From the NCBI RefSeq assembly GCF_004010195.1, contig NC_057718.1:34702667-34766666 (forward strand): a DNA stretch of 64,000 nucleotides. Reading direction: 5' to 3'. The notes beneath the pieces are model-generated. The model saw only the letters and a program-made list of their open reading frames with translations. It made no database searches and had not been told where the DNA came from. The translations under genes were made by a program, and so were the position numbers. Position 1 is the stretch's first letter. Every line of letters starts with the position of its first letter. This document shows positions 26,738-38,883 of the stretch, one piece after another. The DNA comes from Chiloscyllium plagiosum. Lineage: Eukaryota.

Positions 26738-26905
26738 TATGGTTATTCTCACATTGCTCTACACAAGAGTTTGCAGTGCACAAATTCGCTGTCACGTTTC
26801 TGACATCATCACATGATTGCTGTTCAAAACCTCTGATTGGCTGTAAATTGCTTTTGGACATCTGGTGGTCATGAAAGGAGCCATATAAATGCAATTCTTC
26901 CTTTC
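26738..26905 (+). mobile_element. Deu-domain SINE 3' part
   Basis: TGGTTATTCTCACATTGC...ATTGGCTGTAAA...TGAAAGG...ATATAAATGCAA. Confidence 0.55.
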
Positions 26906-28799
26906 AGTTTGGTTCTTAATAAGCACGGACTGAAAATAGGATACGATCCCTGGTCAGGCAAAAACTGTGACAAGCAAAGCAAAACTAACATCTTCAGGTG
27001 GAGGATCTTCTCATGACTTGTAGAATAGCTATCATTTTCTGCTTTTGTTTCAGATTACCAGAACGTGCTGCATTGAATGATATAACATCAAATATGTTGC
27101 CAATAGCAAGTTGCGTTCTGAAGTGACACAAAGAGAGTTAGCGTCAAAATTGGATAATTTTACATAGTTGATGATGCAATGAGTGCCAGAGTTAATGTTT
27201 CAGGTGCAGTGATCCTTCTTCAAATCATTGCAGAGTGTTTAAGATCAGACACCAGTGATTGGAGTCTATTTTGTTACGATGAATGGAACAGTCAGTGTCA
27301 GCTTGGCTGGATTGAGGTTGGAAGCTGGCATTGTGTTGTTGGGAATGAGAGTGGTTTGAATGGGTGAAATCCAGGCCAATGTTGTTTGAAGCATGATTGT
27401 TGGAGCTGGGTCAGAGGGAAGAGACTGGAGGCTGCTGTTGTAGCTAGAAGGTGATCGGAAATTTCCGCAGGAGAGACTGGATGGGCCAACAGTATGTGAG
27501 AGAACAGAGCAGGGGAGTACTGGAGAAGGAGGAATTCGATGGACTAGGTTGATGGGAAATCACAGTTTAGAGAAAGGTCAGATTGTACAAAGCTGTCTGA
27601 TGGCACAGATTGGCAACGATGAAGCAGTTTGGTTTGTGGGAATGGAGTCATGTAATCCTGTTCCTTTTCTCCCACACGCAGTGCTGGAAGGCCTCATAGC
27701 TTTTCCACGCAGCAGGCTTAGCCTCCCTTAATAGTAGCATTGTTTCCTGAGGTCAGGACTCTTGTTTGGCCAGAGTTAAAGATCAAAGGGAGTAAAGGAT
27801 CTAATGTACTCAGCCCCAATAGTGTATTTAAATAAACCGTCTATTTCCAGGCAGTGGCTTGACTGCACCCTCATTTGTCCGTTCTCTGGTAAAACTGGAA
27901 GCGGATGTGAATTCAGTTTGGGTTTGAGATTTTTAAAAAAAAAACTTTTGTTTTACTTCCTCATGCACATGTCTTTCCCTCCAATGGAGATGTCAAATAA
28001 ACTTCTTCTATTTCATTGGACTAAAATTCTTAATTGCCTTCATAATTGCAAAACTTCACTCATCACTGGTAATTAAGACACCTGAAAATAGCTGAGCAAG
28101 ATAGGAAAGTTTCTGATCCAACTCTCAGATCCAACTGAGTCTGTTCATGTCAACACAATGGAGTTCAGAAGAGTCAATATCCCCTTCCCCAAAGGAGAGT
28201 CAAGTTCTGGTTCATTCTCCAGTGACTTCTTGTTCAAAAGTGTTTGGATGTTATATAATGGCAAGCTCAGCATTGGCTGTAATACTTCCCCAGCTGAGCA
28301 GCCTATGTTTACTCTTCCTTGGTTTAGTGAAACACAAGGAATTATTGTACTCCTGCTCTTTGGGCACCTCCTAGAGCCTGACAGCTGAAACCCGTGAAGC
28401 TGCGTCCCAGCATGATTCTACACCTCAGGCAATGTGGGAAGCAATTCGATAAGGCTGAACTCTGAAACTGCTCTTAGTCATACAGCAGTCAGTGACTCAA
28501 TCAAATAGATTTTACTGAAGAAAGCATGCACTACGGGAAATGGTAAAGGAGCATTACAATTTCAGTCATTCAGCCATATATGTGCATGTCCAGTCAGTCT
28601 TGGTGAATGAATAACTGGACTAGAACAATATGGAAATTACATATGAATGTATTAATGAGCGTGTAGTTAGCCCCAGTCATTAAGGGAAGCACATACGTAA
28701 ATTCTGCAGACAGAGCAACTCAGCACTTGATCCTGTAGCAGGACTGCTGAAGTAGTGATTTCATAATTTTGTATAAAAATGACAATAGAGAAGTACGCT

Positions 28800-30232
28800 G
28801 GTCTCATTCTTGCGTTCAAATCTGTCCATGGCAACATCACACACAGCTCCAAAATTATTTCCATCCCTCCATTTCTCTGAGATCTCTGCAGTCCACCAAT
28901 TCTGGCCTCTTGCATATTTCTGCTCTTAATCACACCACTACTGGTGACAATGATTTTGGCTTCCTAGATGCTTCGCCCTGGAATTTCACCACCACAAAGA
29001 CATGACTTCTCCATCTCTCTCATTGAATCATACAGTACAGAAGAGGCCTTTCAGCCCTTCAATGCTGAACCATTAAAACCTACTGTAAATCTACACTAGT
29101 CCCACTTCCCAGCACTTGGTCCATAGCCTTGAATGTTAAGACATTCCAGTGCTCATTCACATAAAGGTTTGAGGTTTCCTGTCTCAGTTACCTCCCAAGC
29201 AGTGCATTCCAGATTCCAACCATCCTCTGGGTAAAGAAGAAATCCCTTAAATCCCCTCTAAACCTTCTGCCTTTCACCTTAAAATTATGCTTCTCAACTA
29301 AAGGAAACAACTGTTCCTATCCACCCTGGTCATGCCCCTCCTGGTCTTAAACACCACAATCAGGCTCTCTCAGCCTTCTCTCCTCCACAGAAACCAACCT
29401 GAACTTATCCAGCCTCTCTTCATAACTAAACAGTTCCATCTTAGGCATCTGGTAAATCTCCTCTGCATCCCTTCCACTGCAAACACATCCTTCCTATACT
29501 GTGGTGACCAGAAGTACACACAGTACTCCAGCTGTGGCCTAACCATAGTTTTTTATAGCTCCAAAATTACCTTTCTGCTCTTACAATCTATGCCACAGTT
29601 GATAAAGGCAAGTGCCCCCATATGCCTTCTTAACTGTCCTAAGAACCCGTCCTGCCACCTTCAGTGATTCTACGGACAAACACCCCAAGATCCTTCTGCT
29701 CCTCTGAGCTTCCTGGTGTCTTGTTGTTCATTGAGTACATTCTTGTCTTATTACTTGTTGTAAAGTGCATCACCTCATACTTATCAAGGTTAAATTCCAT
29801 CTGCCCCTGATCCGCACATCTGACCAATCCATCCATATCCTAATGTAACTAAAACCTTCTCCACTGTCAACCACTTGGCTAATTGTAACGTCATCTGCAA
29901 AACCAACTGACCATTCCCACATTTTCTTCTATATTGTTTATATACATGTGTATCACAAACAATAAAGAACCAGCACTAATCCCTGTGGTATGCCACCCGG
30001 CCTCCACTCACACAAACAGTCTACTACCACAAGTTTCTGTCTCCTACCACAGAGCCAATTTACCCTCTATAATCTTTATAAGACACTTCTCCATACCTAT
30101 CCTTTTGACCACACTTTTATTCTCCTGTCCTGATGTAGTTCAGTTCCTAATTTTGTTTCATAATGCAACTATAGGCCCCTTTGGACCATTTTCAAATTTA
30201 AAGGCATGATATAAATGCAAAAGATTATTGTT
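28800..30232 (+). mobile_element. L2-like LINE 3' end split by a CR1 insertion
   Basis: 28800-29015 (TTCAAATCTGTCCATGG...CCAATTCTGGCCTCTTGCA) resumes at 30062-30232, ending AAAGGCATGATATAAATGCAA. Confidence 0.5.
29022..30060 (-). mobile_element. Older CR1 3' part
   Basis: ORF 29639-29836 (QMEFNLDKYEVMHF...EQKDLGVFV). FADD motif at ~29890. Confidence 0.85.
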
Positions 30233-31104
30233 CAGCCTAAACATGGGATCCTTTACACAAACTGTAAGGCCCGAATACATTTCTTTCAACTACCTATCTA
30301 AAATTGTTAAGTGCTGCTAGGGGGTTCAATTCTTCACTCTGAGACAGAGCATGGTAAAATGAGAAGTGACCCTTTCCAGGGAGACAACATTCCACTTGTG
30401 GACCATGCTGGGAAGCTATGGTCCATTTATTAAAATTCCTTTTACTGAATAGAGTTAACAATGGGGAGACCTAAGATGGGCTCTTGACAGGATATAGTCA
30501 ATTTGCATAATCACACACAAAAAATGACTCCCACCAAGGGCCTTGCACAGAAAGGATCACCACCTGCTAGCCATTGAGCTGTCGAATAGATCACCACCAT
30601 TAAGGGAAAGAAAGAGGGTGAAGGCTGATATTTATACACTGCACTATTTTCTCAAAATTTGCTCTACAGTTTGGAAGAATTTACCATTGTTCTGTCTTTC
30701 TTCAATCTAATTAGAACCTATCTCTGGCTCAACTTAGTATCAGTCAACAATGCTCACAAAACAATTAGGCTGAGACTTGAAGCCTCATCAAAACTATAAA
30801 CTGCAACCTAGCCTTGAGACCTCTCCCACATGTGACAACTAAAAAAAAACTTTAAAAGATTTTATTATTAAATACATACCCATGAATGCAGAGAGTGCCT
30901 TGGTCATGTTATCCCAAGCATGTTATACTGAGCGAGGATGCAGGAGATGAGGAGAACCTTGCAGGAATATGCTCGATGCAGTTGCTGAATTAAACCTAAT
31001 TCTGAAACAAAAGCAGCAATTCCTGATGAAACTCGGCAGGTCTGGCTGTATTTGTGGGAGAAAGTAGGGTCAACATTTTGAGTCCAGCAACTCTTCATCA
31101 GGAG

Positions 31105-31888
31105 TTGTGAGATGTTGCATTTTGATAAAGCAAATCTTAGCAGGACTTAAACACTTATTAGTAAGGTCCTAGGGAGTGTTGCTGAACAAAGAGACCTTAG
31201 AGTGCAGGTTCATAGCTCCGTGAAAGTCGAGATGCAGTTCGATAGGATAATGAAGAAAGCGTTTGATATGCTTTCCTTTATTGGTCAGAGTATTGAGTAC
31301 AGGGGTTGTGACATCATGTTGTGGCTGAACAGGACATTGGTTAGGCCAGTGTTGGAATATTGCATGCAATTCTGGTCTCGGAAAGATGCTGTGAAACTTG
31401 AAAGGGTTCAGAAAATATTTACAAGCATGTTGCCAGGTTTAGAGGATTTGAGCAATAGGAAGAGGCTGAACAGGCTGGGACTGTTTTCCCTGGAGCATCG
31501 GAGGCTGAGTGGTGACCCTATAGAGGTCTACAAAATCATGAGGGGCATAGATAGGATAAGTAGACAAAGTCTACCCTGGGGTGGGAGAGTTCAGAATTAG
31601 AGGACATAGGTTTAAGGTGAGAGGGGAAAAATATAAAAGAGCCCTAAGGGGCAACTTTTTCATGCAGAGGGTGGTACATGTATGGAATGAGCTGCCAGAA
31701 GAAATGGTGAAGGCTGGTACAATTGCAATATTTAAAAGGCATCTGGATGGGTATATGAATAGGAAGGGTTAGGAGGGATGTGGGGCGGGTGCTGGCAGGT
31801 GGGAATAGATCGGGTTGGAATATCCGGTTGGCATGGACCAGATGTCAGTCCATGTTTCCGTGCTGTACATCTCTATGACTCTATGACT
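31105..31888 (+). mobile_element. CR1 LINE 3' part
   Basis: ORFs 31202-31600 and 31581-31772, CTATGACT tail. Confidence 0.95.
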
Positions 31889-32544
31889 TAATTCTGAGAT
31901 AGACTCTGAACACTGAAGAGCCAACTTTTATTTTCTGCAGAGGTTTTGGAACAAGTTTCTCCCCACATTATTGACACTTAAATTGGTGCATTTCTCAGCA
32001 ATTTGGAGTAAGTTATAATCTTGCCTTGGCAGCCAAAAATAATTTATTTTGGAAGAGTTAAAGTTATATAAAATAACATAATTCCACAGGCTTCAAAGAA
32101 CTTTCTCGCATCCTGTTCCTGCTAGTGGGATTTTAGCTCATACACCCATAAACTGTTCACATTTAATGTGGGTAATTCATGATTCAGACCTGGTTTCCCT
32201 GCACTTGCTTGCAAAGATCAGCATGTTGAGCATCAAGGCACAGAGATTTAGTTTTCAGCCAGGAGCCCAGTCACATCCCATACATGGAGGGACATATGAC
32301 TGGCCACAAATGAGGGACCTTGTAGGTGCTCCTTGAATATCTTGCACCTTTCAAATTTAAAAGGAGTGTTCCATATTTTAAATGTTTGGCTGGACTCCCG
32401 TAGACAGAAAACTGTTTGAGGAAATCTTTGGTTGTTTTTATTTTATAATCACTTTAGTTATATTTCATATCTCTCAACTTTCCACCTACATAACATGGTG
32501 GACATGCTACAAGTTAAATCTGTTGGGGATGGGTGGCTTCATAT

Positions 32545-32646
32545 CATAGAATCCCTCCAGTGTGGAAGCAGACCATTTGACCCTTCCATTCCACACTGAC
32601 CCTCCAAAGAGCATCCCATGCTAACCACTGAGCCATTGTGCCACCC
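32545..32646 (-). mobile_element. V-SINE with an internal deletion (head fused to tail)
   Basis: Tail 32545-32618 is joined directly to the head TGCTAACCACTGAGCCATTGTGCCACCC. Confidence 0.7.
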
Positions 32647-32649
32647 ATA

Positions 32650-33320
32650 TGTTGCACTTCCCTGATGGTGGAACAGTGTCTGTCACAAATGAAGCGTTCA
32701 TCAGAGGTCACTGTGATGTCATATTTCGTTGCTGAGGAATGTTGCTAAATGGCACCATTGATCGCCATAGAGGCATGTGCCAACCCATAGGTCAGTTTGC
32801 CATTTTCCCTTCGTGTCTGCTGTTGCTATTGCCTCCCAGGTTTGAAAATTGACATTTTTATCGTTCTTGCAACCATCCTAAAGCCTGAACATCAGGGCCG
32901 TCATAGGGGTTTTCTGACATTCCTTGAGTTTCACCAAGTGCTGGTTATAGGCATACTGTAATTTATATTAGTCAAACTGTCATGATCTTTGGTTACCACA
33001 ATGAGCATTTCTATTCATAACCCCAGGAATGACTTTTCTGCCATCAAATTGCAACTATCAGTTTAGTTACTCCGCATCAGCTCTGTAGCCTTCAGCTATT
33101 CTTAACATCCAGCCTTTATCTCACGATCAGTAAGCTGTAATCTGTCCAACCAAATGCAGGAACTAGGTACACTGATATAGTGGTGCATGTGCAGAACAAG
33201 TAAACCTCTGCGTCTATTTAGGCAGACTTAGAGGAGCATAGAGCCTGAATCCACACTGATCCATATCAGCATCTTGGATGAACAGACAGTGACTTTGGAG
33301 TGCTGATGTGTGTTTAAAAT
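32650..33320 (-). mobile_element. RTE LINE 3' relic
   Basis: Minus-strand peptides FRDGCKND-like and NFQTWEAIA resemble the RTE C-terminus. Confidence 0.45.
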
Positions 33321-33487
33321 ATAAATGGTTGACATAGGCAAATAGGGCATCTTTATTCACTGGTCAAACAATACAAGTTCTGTGATGGCACAATTCACAA
33401 TGTGATAATGTAATCATGATCCTATTGGGGTCATTTTCAACTTGTGGCAGTAGCTTGGAGAAGTAAATCAGTCGAATTACATTTTAT

Positions 33488-33944
33488 TTTGTTCAAAAAC
33501 TGCATGGATCCATGTAAGATTCTGTAAATCCACTTTTTAAGATTGGAATCAGTCTGACCATTGGGGCACAGACAGTCTCACACAGGGCACCTCACACCTT
33601 CAATGCATTATCTGGGCTGACAATTGTTAAAGCTCACTTGAGAATGTAACTTTTAAAAAAGTTCTGTGATTTACATTTGAAAGGACTTTCCATTCCATTC
33701 CATTCCAAAAGATGAGAGACTTCACAAACAATCCAGGTCTTTTTCAATATATAATTTCAGTTACATCACACTGTAAACTTTTGCTCTAAGTTCTGTGTCT
33801 TACGGTCTTATACACCACAACCACCTGAGGAAGGAGCAGTGCTCCGAAAGCTAGTGCTTCCAAATAAACTTGTTGGACTATAACCTGGTGTTGTGTGATT
33901 TTTAACTTTGTTCACCCCAGTCCAGCACTGACATCTCCACATCA
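33488..33944 (+). mobile_element. PLE family B 3' region, longest copy here
   Basis: Contains the segment shared with 3780, 9999 and 12860 (GGACTATAACCTGGTGTTGTGTGATTTTTAAC). No coding sequence is seen, so the PLE assignment is inferred from the hammerhead, the inverted copies and the long TSD. Confidence 0.65.
33822..33856 (+). ncRNA. Minimal hammerhead ribozyme motif, intact core
   Basis: CAC-CTGAGGA-A-GGAGC/AGT/GCTCC-GAAA-GCTA-GTG. Confidence 0.8.
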
Positions 33945-34309
33945 TAAATCAGCTGCCTATTGTAGAAGCTGCCAGATTTTTGTTCCATTGAAAACAGTGG
34001 AATGAAAACTGTGTGGTGGGTGATCCACTCAGACAGGTTACTGCCCAAGGCCAAGGAACTGAAAATGACCTCTATGCAATTAAACACCACACAAATGTGT
34101 GTTACAACGCAAGAGCACCAGAATCCACACCTGAAATATTGCTTTTTTTTGTGTGTTTTGGATAATTCTTGCCCCAAAATATCACTAAAGCCATGATAAA
34201 ACCACTTTGACGCTTACCACCGCAGCAATTTGCAGGCTCAGTTTGACGATAACTTATTTGCATAAGACCTGGAGAGGGTGGACCTGGAGAACCTTCTTTC
34301 AATAATATT

Positions 34310-34531
34310 AATCATGGTTGTCAATAATCAATTACTCATCAGTGATTGATCAATTCATTAGTTAGTTTATTCAGAATAGTAAAACATTGTTGTAAAACAA
34401 ATCTGAAATCTAAACAACCGATTGCTGTGTTTGTATCTTACAAACCCATAACAGATTAACTGTCAGGCAGGTACAACACATGTACACTCTGCACATGGAG
34501 TTCATAAAGGTGACCAAGTACACATGCAACA
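34310..34531 (-). repeat. LTR-like direct repeat, partner of 38506-38883
   Basis: AATAATCAATTACTCATCAG...GTTAGTTTAT...AGTAAAAC matches AATAATCAATTGCTCATCAG...GTTAGTTTAT...AGTAAAAC. A purine tract GGAAAGGATGA precedes TGTTG on the minus strand. Confidence 0.45.
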
Positions 34532-34559
34532 TCATCCTTTCCAAATGTTTAACTTTTTC

Positions 34560-35471
34560 CAATAACCGGTGAGCTCGTGAGTCTCAACAATGTCTAGTTA
34601 ACTAGTTGATATTTTCAGATCTTGTGATGGGACTTTGTCTTGAAATGGTTCAAATCTTCTTGACATTCACTGTTTAGTCCTTGAAGCTCATTCAGCACAT
34701 TTTAATGTTTCTGGTTTTACACCGTAGGTTCTTCCAATTAAATCAAAGGTTTAGCCTTCTGTTATTCCAGTATATTTTTCCTTCATAACTTGCTCCACAA
34801 ACTCTCCAACCTGTTCAACTTATTTTTTTCCTTCATGTTTTCTTTGAAGCCTAGACTTCTCCTATTTGTTGATTCAGTGGTTGCCTGCTTTCCTTTATGT
34901 TCTGCATGAGTTCTTTCACTGGAGAGTTATTTCTGGCATTTATTTCTGAAATGACAGTTTCATGAATGTTTCACAGCTCCTAATGTGTGCTGTGCATCTC
35001 CAGCTATTTTTACAGACTGGTATTTTCTCCAGCACTGGTTTAAGCTTAAGTCGATATTTCGGTACCTCTTCTGCTGACTTTGGTCTGTTTTATACATGTG
35101 TTGCTCTAGATCTTGCTGCAGATGGACAATCTTTTCATTGGAGTGAATGTACAGAGCTTGTAGTTCGTCCTGCTTGCATCCTTTCTCTTTCATTTCTTCA
35201 TTCCTCTTGTGAAGTAACCCCTCAAGACATTTTTAATCTCAGAGAAAGTATCCTCTAGTTTGAATTTAACTTGAGCTCATTGTTCAGCCTTTTCTTCTTG
35301 AAATTCCATTTATCTCTCCACAGCAGAGAGCTGAGATTTTAGCTCAACTAATTCAGAAGAAGGTGAAGAGTTGCATTCTTCTTCCATATTACGCTCCACA
35401 AGTTGTTCCACAAGTATCTCTTGAATACTCTGCTAGTTTATGATGTGTCTCTGTTGCTGGACTGATTCCAT
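34560..35471 (-). pseudogene. Decayed E/K/Q-rich coiled-coil ORF of unknown family
   Basis: MESVQQQRHIIN*QSIQEILVEQLVERNMEEE...ELVELKSQLSAVER*MEFQEEKAEQ*...NEKIVHLQQDLEQH...VLNELQGLNSECQEDL, with multiple stops and frameshifts. Confidence 0.55.
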
Positions 35472-36235
35472 GGATTGTGACTAGTGGGAGGTCACAGCAC
35501 ATTGGAGTGCCAGGGTTCAGCTAGCTCAGTTGGCTGATAGGCTGGTTTGTAATGCAGAGAAATGTCAACACTAATGAGCGAATGTAGTACACCAGACCTT
35601 GGATATTGAGGAAGGAGGAAGTAAACAGGCAGCTGTCGCACCTTCTGCCATTGCAGGAGAAGGTGCGATGGGGCTGTGGGCATGTGTGGGAGTGAAGGAG
35701 GAATGGACCAGGGTGTCCTGGAGGGCATGGTCCTTCAGAAGGCTGATAAGGGAGTAGAGGGGAATATATGCGATGGTGGTGACATCCTGCTGGAGGTGAT
35801 GGAAATGGCGGCTGATGATCCTCTGGATGTCGATGTTGGTGGGATAGTAGGTGAGGACAAGGGGGACCCTATCGCTGTTCTAGAAGGCAAGAGAGGGGGT
35901 GAGGGCTGAAGTGCGGGAGATGGTTGGACCAGCTGTGGGGCCCCTCAACTACAGTACTGTGGAATCCTTGATTAAGGAAGAAGGTGGATATTTCGGAGGC
36001 CCCCTTGTTATAATTGGCACTATCAGAGCAGATGTGATGGAGACAGAGGAACTGGATGAATGGAATTGAGTTTTTACAGGAAGTAGGGTGTAGGGATGTG
36101 TAGTCAAGGTAACTGTAGGAGTTAGTGGGTTTGTAGGTCACCAGCATGTCCCCAGAAATGGAAACAGACTTGTCAAGGAATGGAAGGGAGGAGTCAGAGG
36201 CGGACCAGGTGAAGGTGAGAGCAGGTTAAATTTGA

Positions 36236-36731
36236 TTAGATTAGATTACTTTTTTAGATTAGATTACTTACAGTGTGGAAACAGGCCCTTCGGCCCAGCA
36301 AGTCCACACCGACCCACCGAAGCGCAACCCATCCAGACTCATTCCCCTACATTTACCCCTACACCTAACACTACGGACAATTTAGCCAGTTCACCTAACC
36401 TGCACATTTTTGGATTATGGGAGGAAACCGGAGCATCCGGAGGAAACCCACGCAGACACGGGGAGAAAGTGCAAACTCCACAGAGAGTGACCTGAGGCGG
36501 GAATTGAACCCGGGTCTCTGGCTCTGTGAGGCACCAGTGCTAACCACTGTGCCACCATCATCCGGAGGAAACCCACGCAGACACGGGGAGAAAGTGCAAA
36601 CTCCACACAGAGAGTGACCTGAGGCGGGAATTGAACCCGGGTCTCTGGCTCTGTGAGGCACCAGTGCTAACCACTGTGCCACCATGCTGCCCACGTGCCA
36701 CAGTGCCATCCACTGTGCCACTGTGCCGCCC
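36236..36731 (-). mobile_element. V-SINE with a tandemly duplicated 5' part
   Basis: TSD ATTTGA at 36230-36235 and 36732-36737. Units 36434-36558 and 36559-36685 are nearly identical. Confidence 0.92.
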
Positions 36732-37029
36732 ATTTGAATAGGAAATTGATAAAATTTTCATTTATGGATGAGAGAGGGAAGCATCACTGATGATATCATA
36801 GATATACCAGAGAAAGAGTTGTGGGTAGGGGGCTAGAATAAGACTGGAGCAAGGAATGTTCCTCATATCTCACAAAGAGATTGGCATACCCATACGGGTA
36901 CTCATGGCCATCCCCTGACCTGAAGAAAATGAGAGGAGTTAAAAGAAAAGTTATTCAGGATGATGATGAGCTCAGACAGGCGGAGAAGGGCCTAGTGGAT
37001 AGGGATGGTTCAGGCCCTTTTTTCCAGGA

Positions 37030-38180
37030 CTGATGAAGGTGGATGTTACCTCTATGGACTTCAGTAAGGTGTTCGACAAGGTTCCTCATTGTAGACTAGT
37101 TAGTAAGATTAGATCCTATGGAGAGCTAGCCTTTTGGAGGCAAAATTGATTTAAATGTAAGAGACAGAGGATGGTGGTGGAGGGTTGCTTTTTGGACTGA
37201 GGGCCTGTGACCAGTGGTGTGCTGCAAGGATCAGTGCTGCGTCCACTGTTTTTTGTTGTTTATATCAATGATTTGGATGTGAGTATAGGAGTTATGGTTT
37301 CTAAGTTTGCAGATGATACCAAAATTGTGTAGTGGTTAGTGAAGAAGATTGCCTTAGAGTACAACAGGAACTCGAGCGGTTGGCTCAATGGGCCAAGGAT
37401 TGGCAGGTGAAGTTTAATTTAGATAAATTAGAGGTGCAGAATTTTAGTAAGGCAAACCAAGGAACACCTTATGCACTTAATAGTCAGGTCTTGGGGAGTG
37501 ATGCCAAACAAGTAGATCTTGGGGAGCAGGTTCACAGTTGCTTGAAAGTGGAGTTGCAGGGCGAGGAAGAAGGCATTTGGTACACTTGCCTTTATTGGTC
37601 AGAGCATTGAGTGTAGGAGGTGGGAGGTCATGTTGTGGCTGCACAGGACCTTGGTTTGACTACCTTTGGAATACCCTGTTCAGTTCTGGTCTCCCTGCTG
37701 TAGGAAGGATGTTGTGAAACTTGAAACTGTTCAGAAAAGATTTACATGGATATTGCTGGAGTTGAAGCTTCTGAGCTATAGACGAAAGCTGAAGAGGCTG
37801 GGACTATTTTCCCTGGAGGCTGAAGGTGACCTTACAGAATTTTATAAAATCATGAGGGGCATGGATAGGGTGAATAGCCAAAGTCTTTTTCCCAGCTTAG
37901 GGGAGTCCAAAACTGGAGAGAATAGGTTTGAGGTGAGGGGTAAGATGTAAAGGGACCCAGGGACAACACTTTCATTCAAAGGTTGAGCTCCCAGAGAAGG
38001 TGGTAGATGCTGGTATAAATACAACATTTAAAAGGTATCTGGATGAGTGTATGAATAGAAAGGGTTTAGAGGGATGTAGGTCACATGCTGGCAACTGGGA
38101 CTAGATTAAATTCGGATATCTGGGCGGTATGGCTGAGTTGGACAGCAGGGTCTGTTTCTATGCTGTACATCTCTATGATT
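37030..38180 (+). mobile_element. CR1 LINE 3' part (decayed)
   Basis: MDFSKVFDKVPH, KFADDTK, ORFs 37332-37610 and 37666-37950. Confidence 0.92.
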
Positions 38181-38505
38181 CCAAATGGAGAATCCTGAAA
38201 CCATCCTGGTGGGGGTGGAGATACAAAAGAGATTGCATGCCCATGGTAAAGAGGAGATGGCTGGAGGCTGCAAACTGGAAATTCTAAAACTGACATAAAG
38301 TGTCAGAAGAATTACAGATGTAAGTGGGAAGGGACTAGACATAGGGAGAAAAACATCAAGTCGAGGTAGGGAAATGTGTTTACAATGTCCTTTAGCATGA
38401 AGTAAGAATATTAAGCCATGTGTTTCACCTGTAGATTAAGTTATTTTCTGACTGTTCAAGCACTATAGTCCTCATTTTTATGATGTTTTCCACTGCTTTT
38501 CACCA

Positions 38506-38883
38506 TGTCACGGGCAACAGTCTAATAATCAATTGCTCATCAGGAACTGATTAATTCCGTGGTAAGAACAATGACTGCAGATGTTGGAAACCATATTCTG
38601 GATTAGTGGTGCTGGAAAAGCACAGCAGTTCATGCAGCATCCGAGGAGCAGTAAAATCGACGTTTCGGACCAAAGCCCTTCATCAGGAATACAGCTCCCA
38701 TGGGTTAGTTTATCTTAAACAGTAAAACACATTAAACATTATAAAACAGGAATTACAGCAAATAAACTGATTGTTGTGCATGCAGCTTATAAATTCACAG
38801 CAGACCAACAGACAGGCAGAGTTTCAACATTGTATACACACAATACAAGTCATCCTTACTGACGAATTTACTTAAATACAACA
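38506..38883 (-). repeat. LTR-like direct repeat containing a PLE tail insertion
   Basis: Termini TGTCA...CAACA. Followed on the minus strand by the PBS-like TGGTGAAAAGCAGTGG (38490-38505). Confidence 0.45.
38562..38691 (-). mobile_element. PLE family A tail with intact hammerhead core (38659-38686)
   Basis: Reverse complement reads CTGATGA-A-GGGC/TTTG/GTCC-GAAA-CGTC. Matches 40885-41013. Confidence 0.85.

Larger units (their letters stand above)
35590..38375 (-). mobile_element. Penelope-like reverse transcriptase relic, interrupted by a SINE and a CR1
   Basis: SLPTYICNSSD...LLFTMGMQSL (38200-38375), FLQVRGMAMSTRMG and WYIYDII (36790-36930), YKPTNSYSYLDYTSLHP...QFLCLHHICSD (36020-36140). 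Confidence 0.85.

Noticed and set aside
28374..28430. Possible short coding exon (SLTAETREAASQHDSTPQ)
   Set aside because: It has only a weak GC donor, no recognisable homology and no partner exons.
36434..36731. CRISPR-like repeat array
   Set aside because: It is a tandem SINE duplication without unique spacers, in eukaryotic context with no cas genes.
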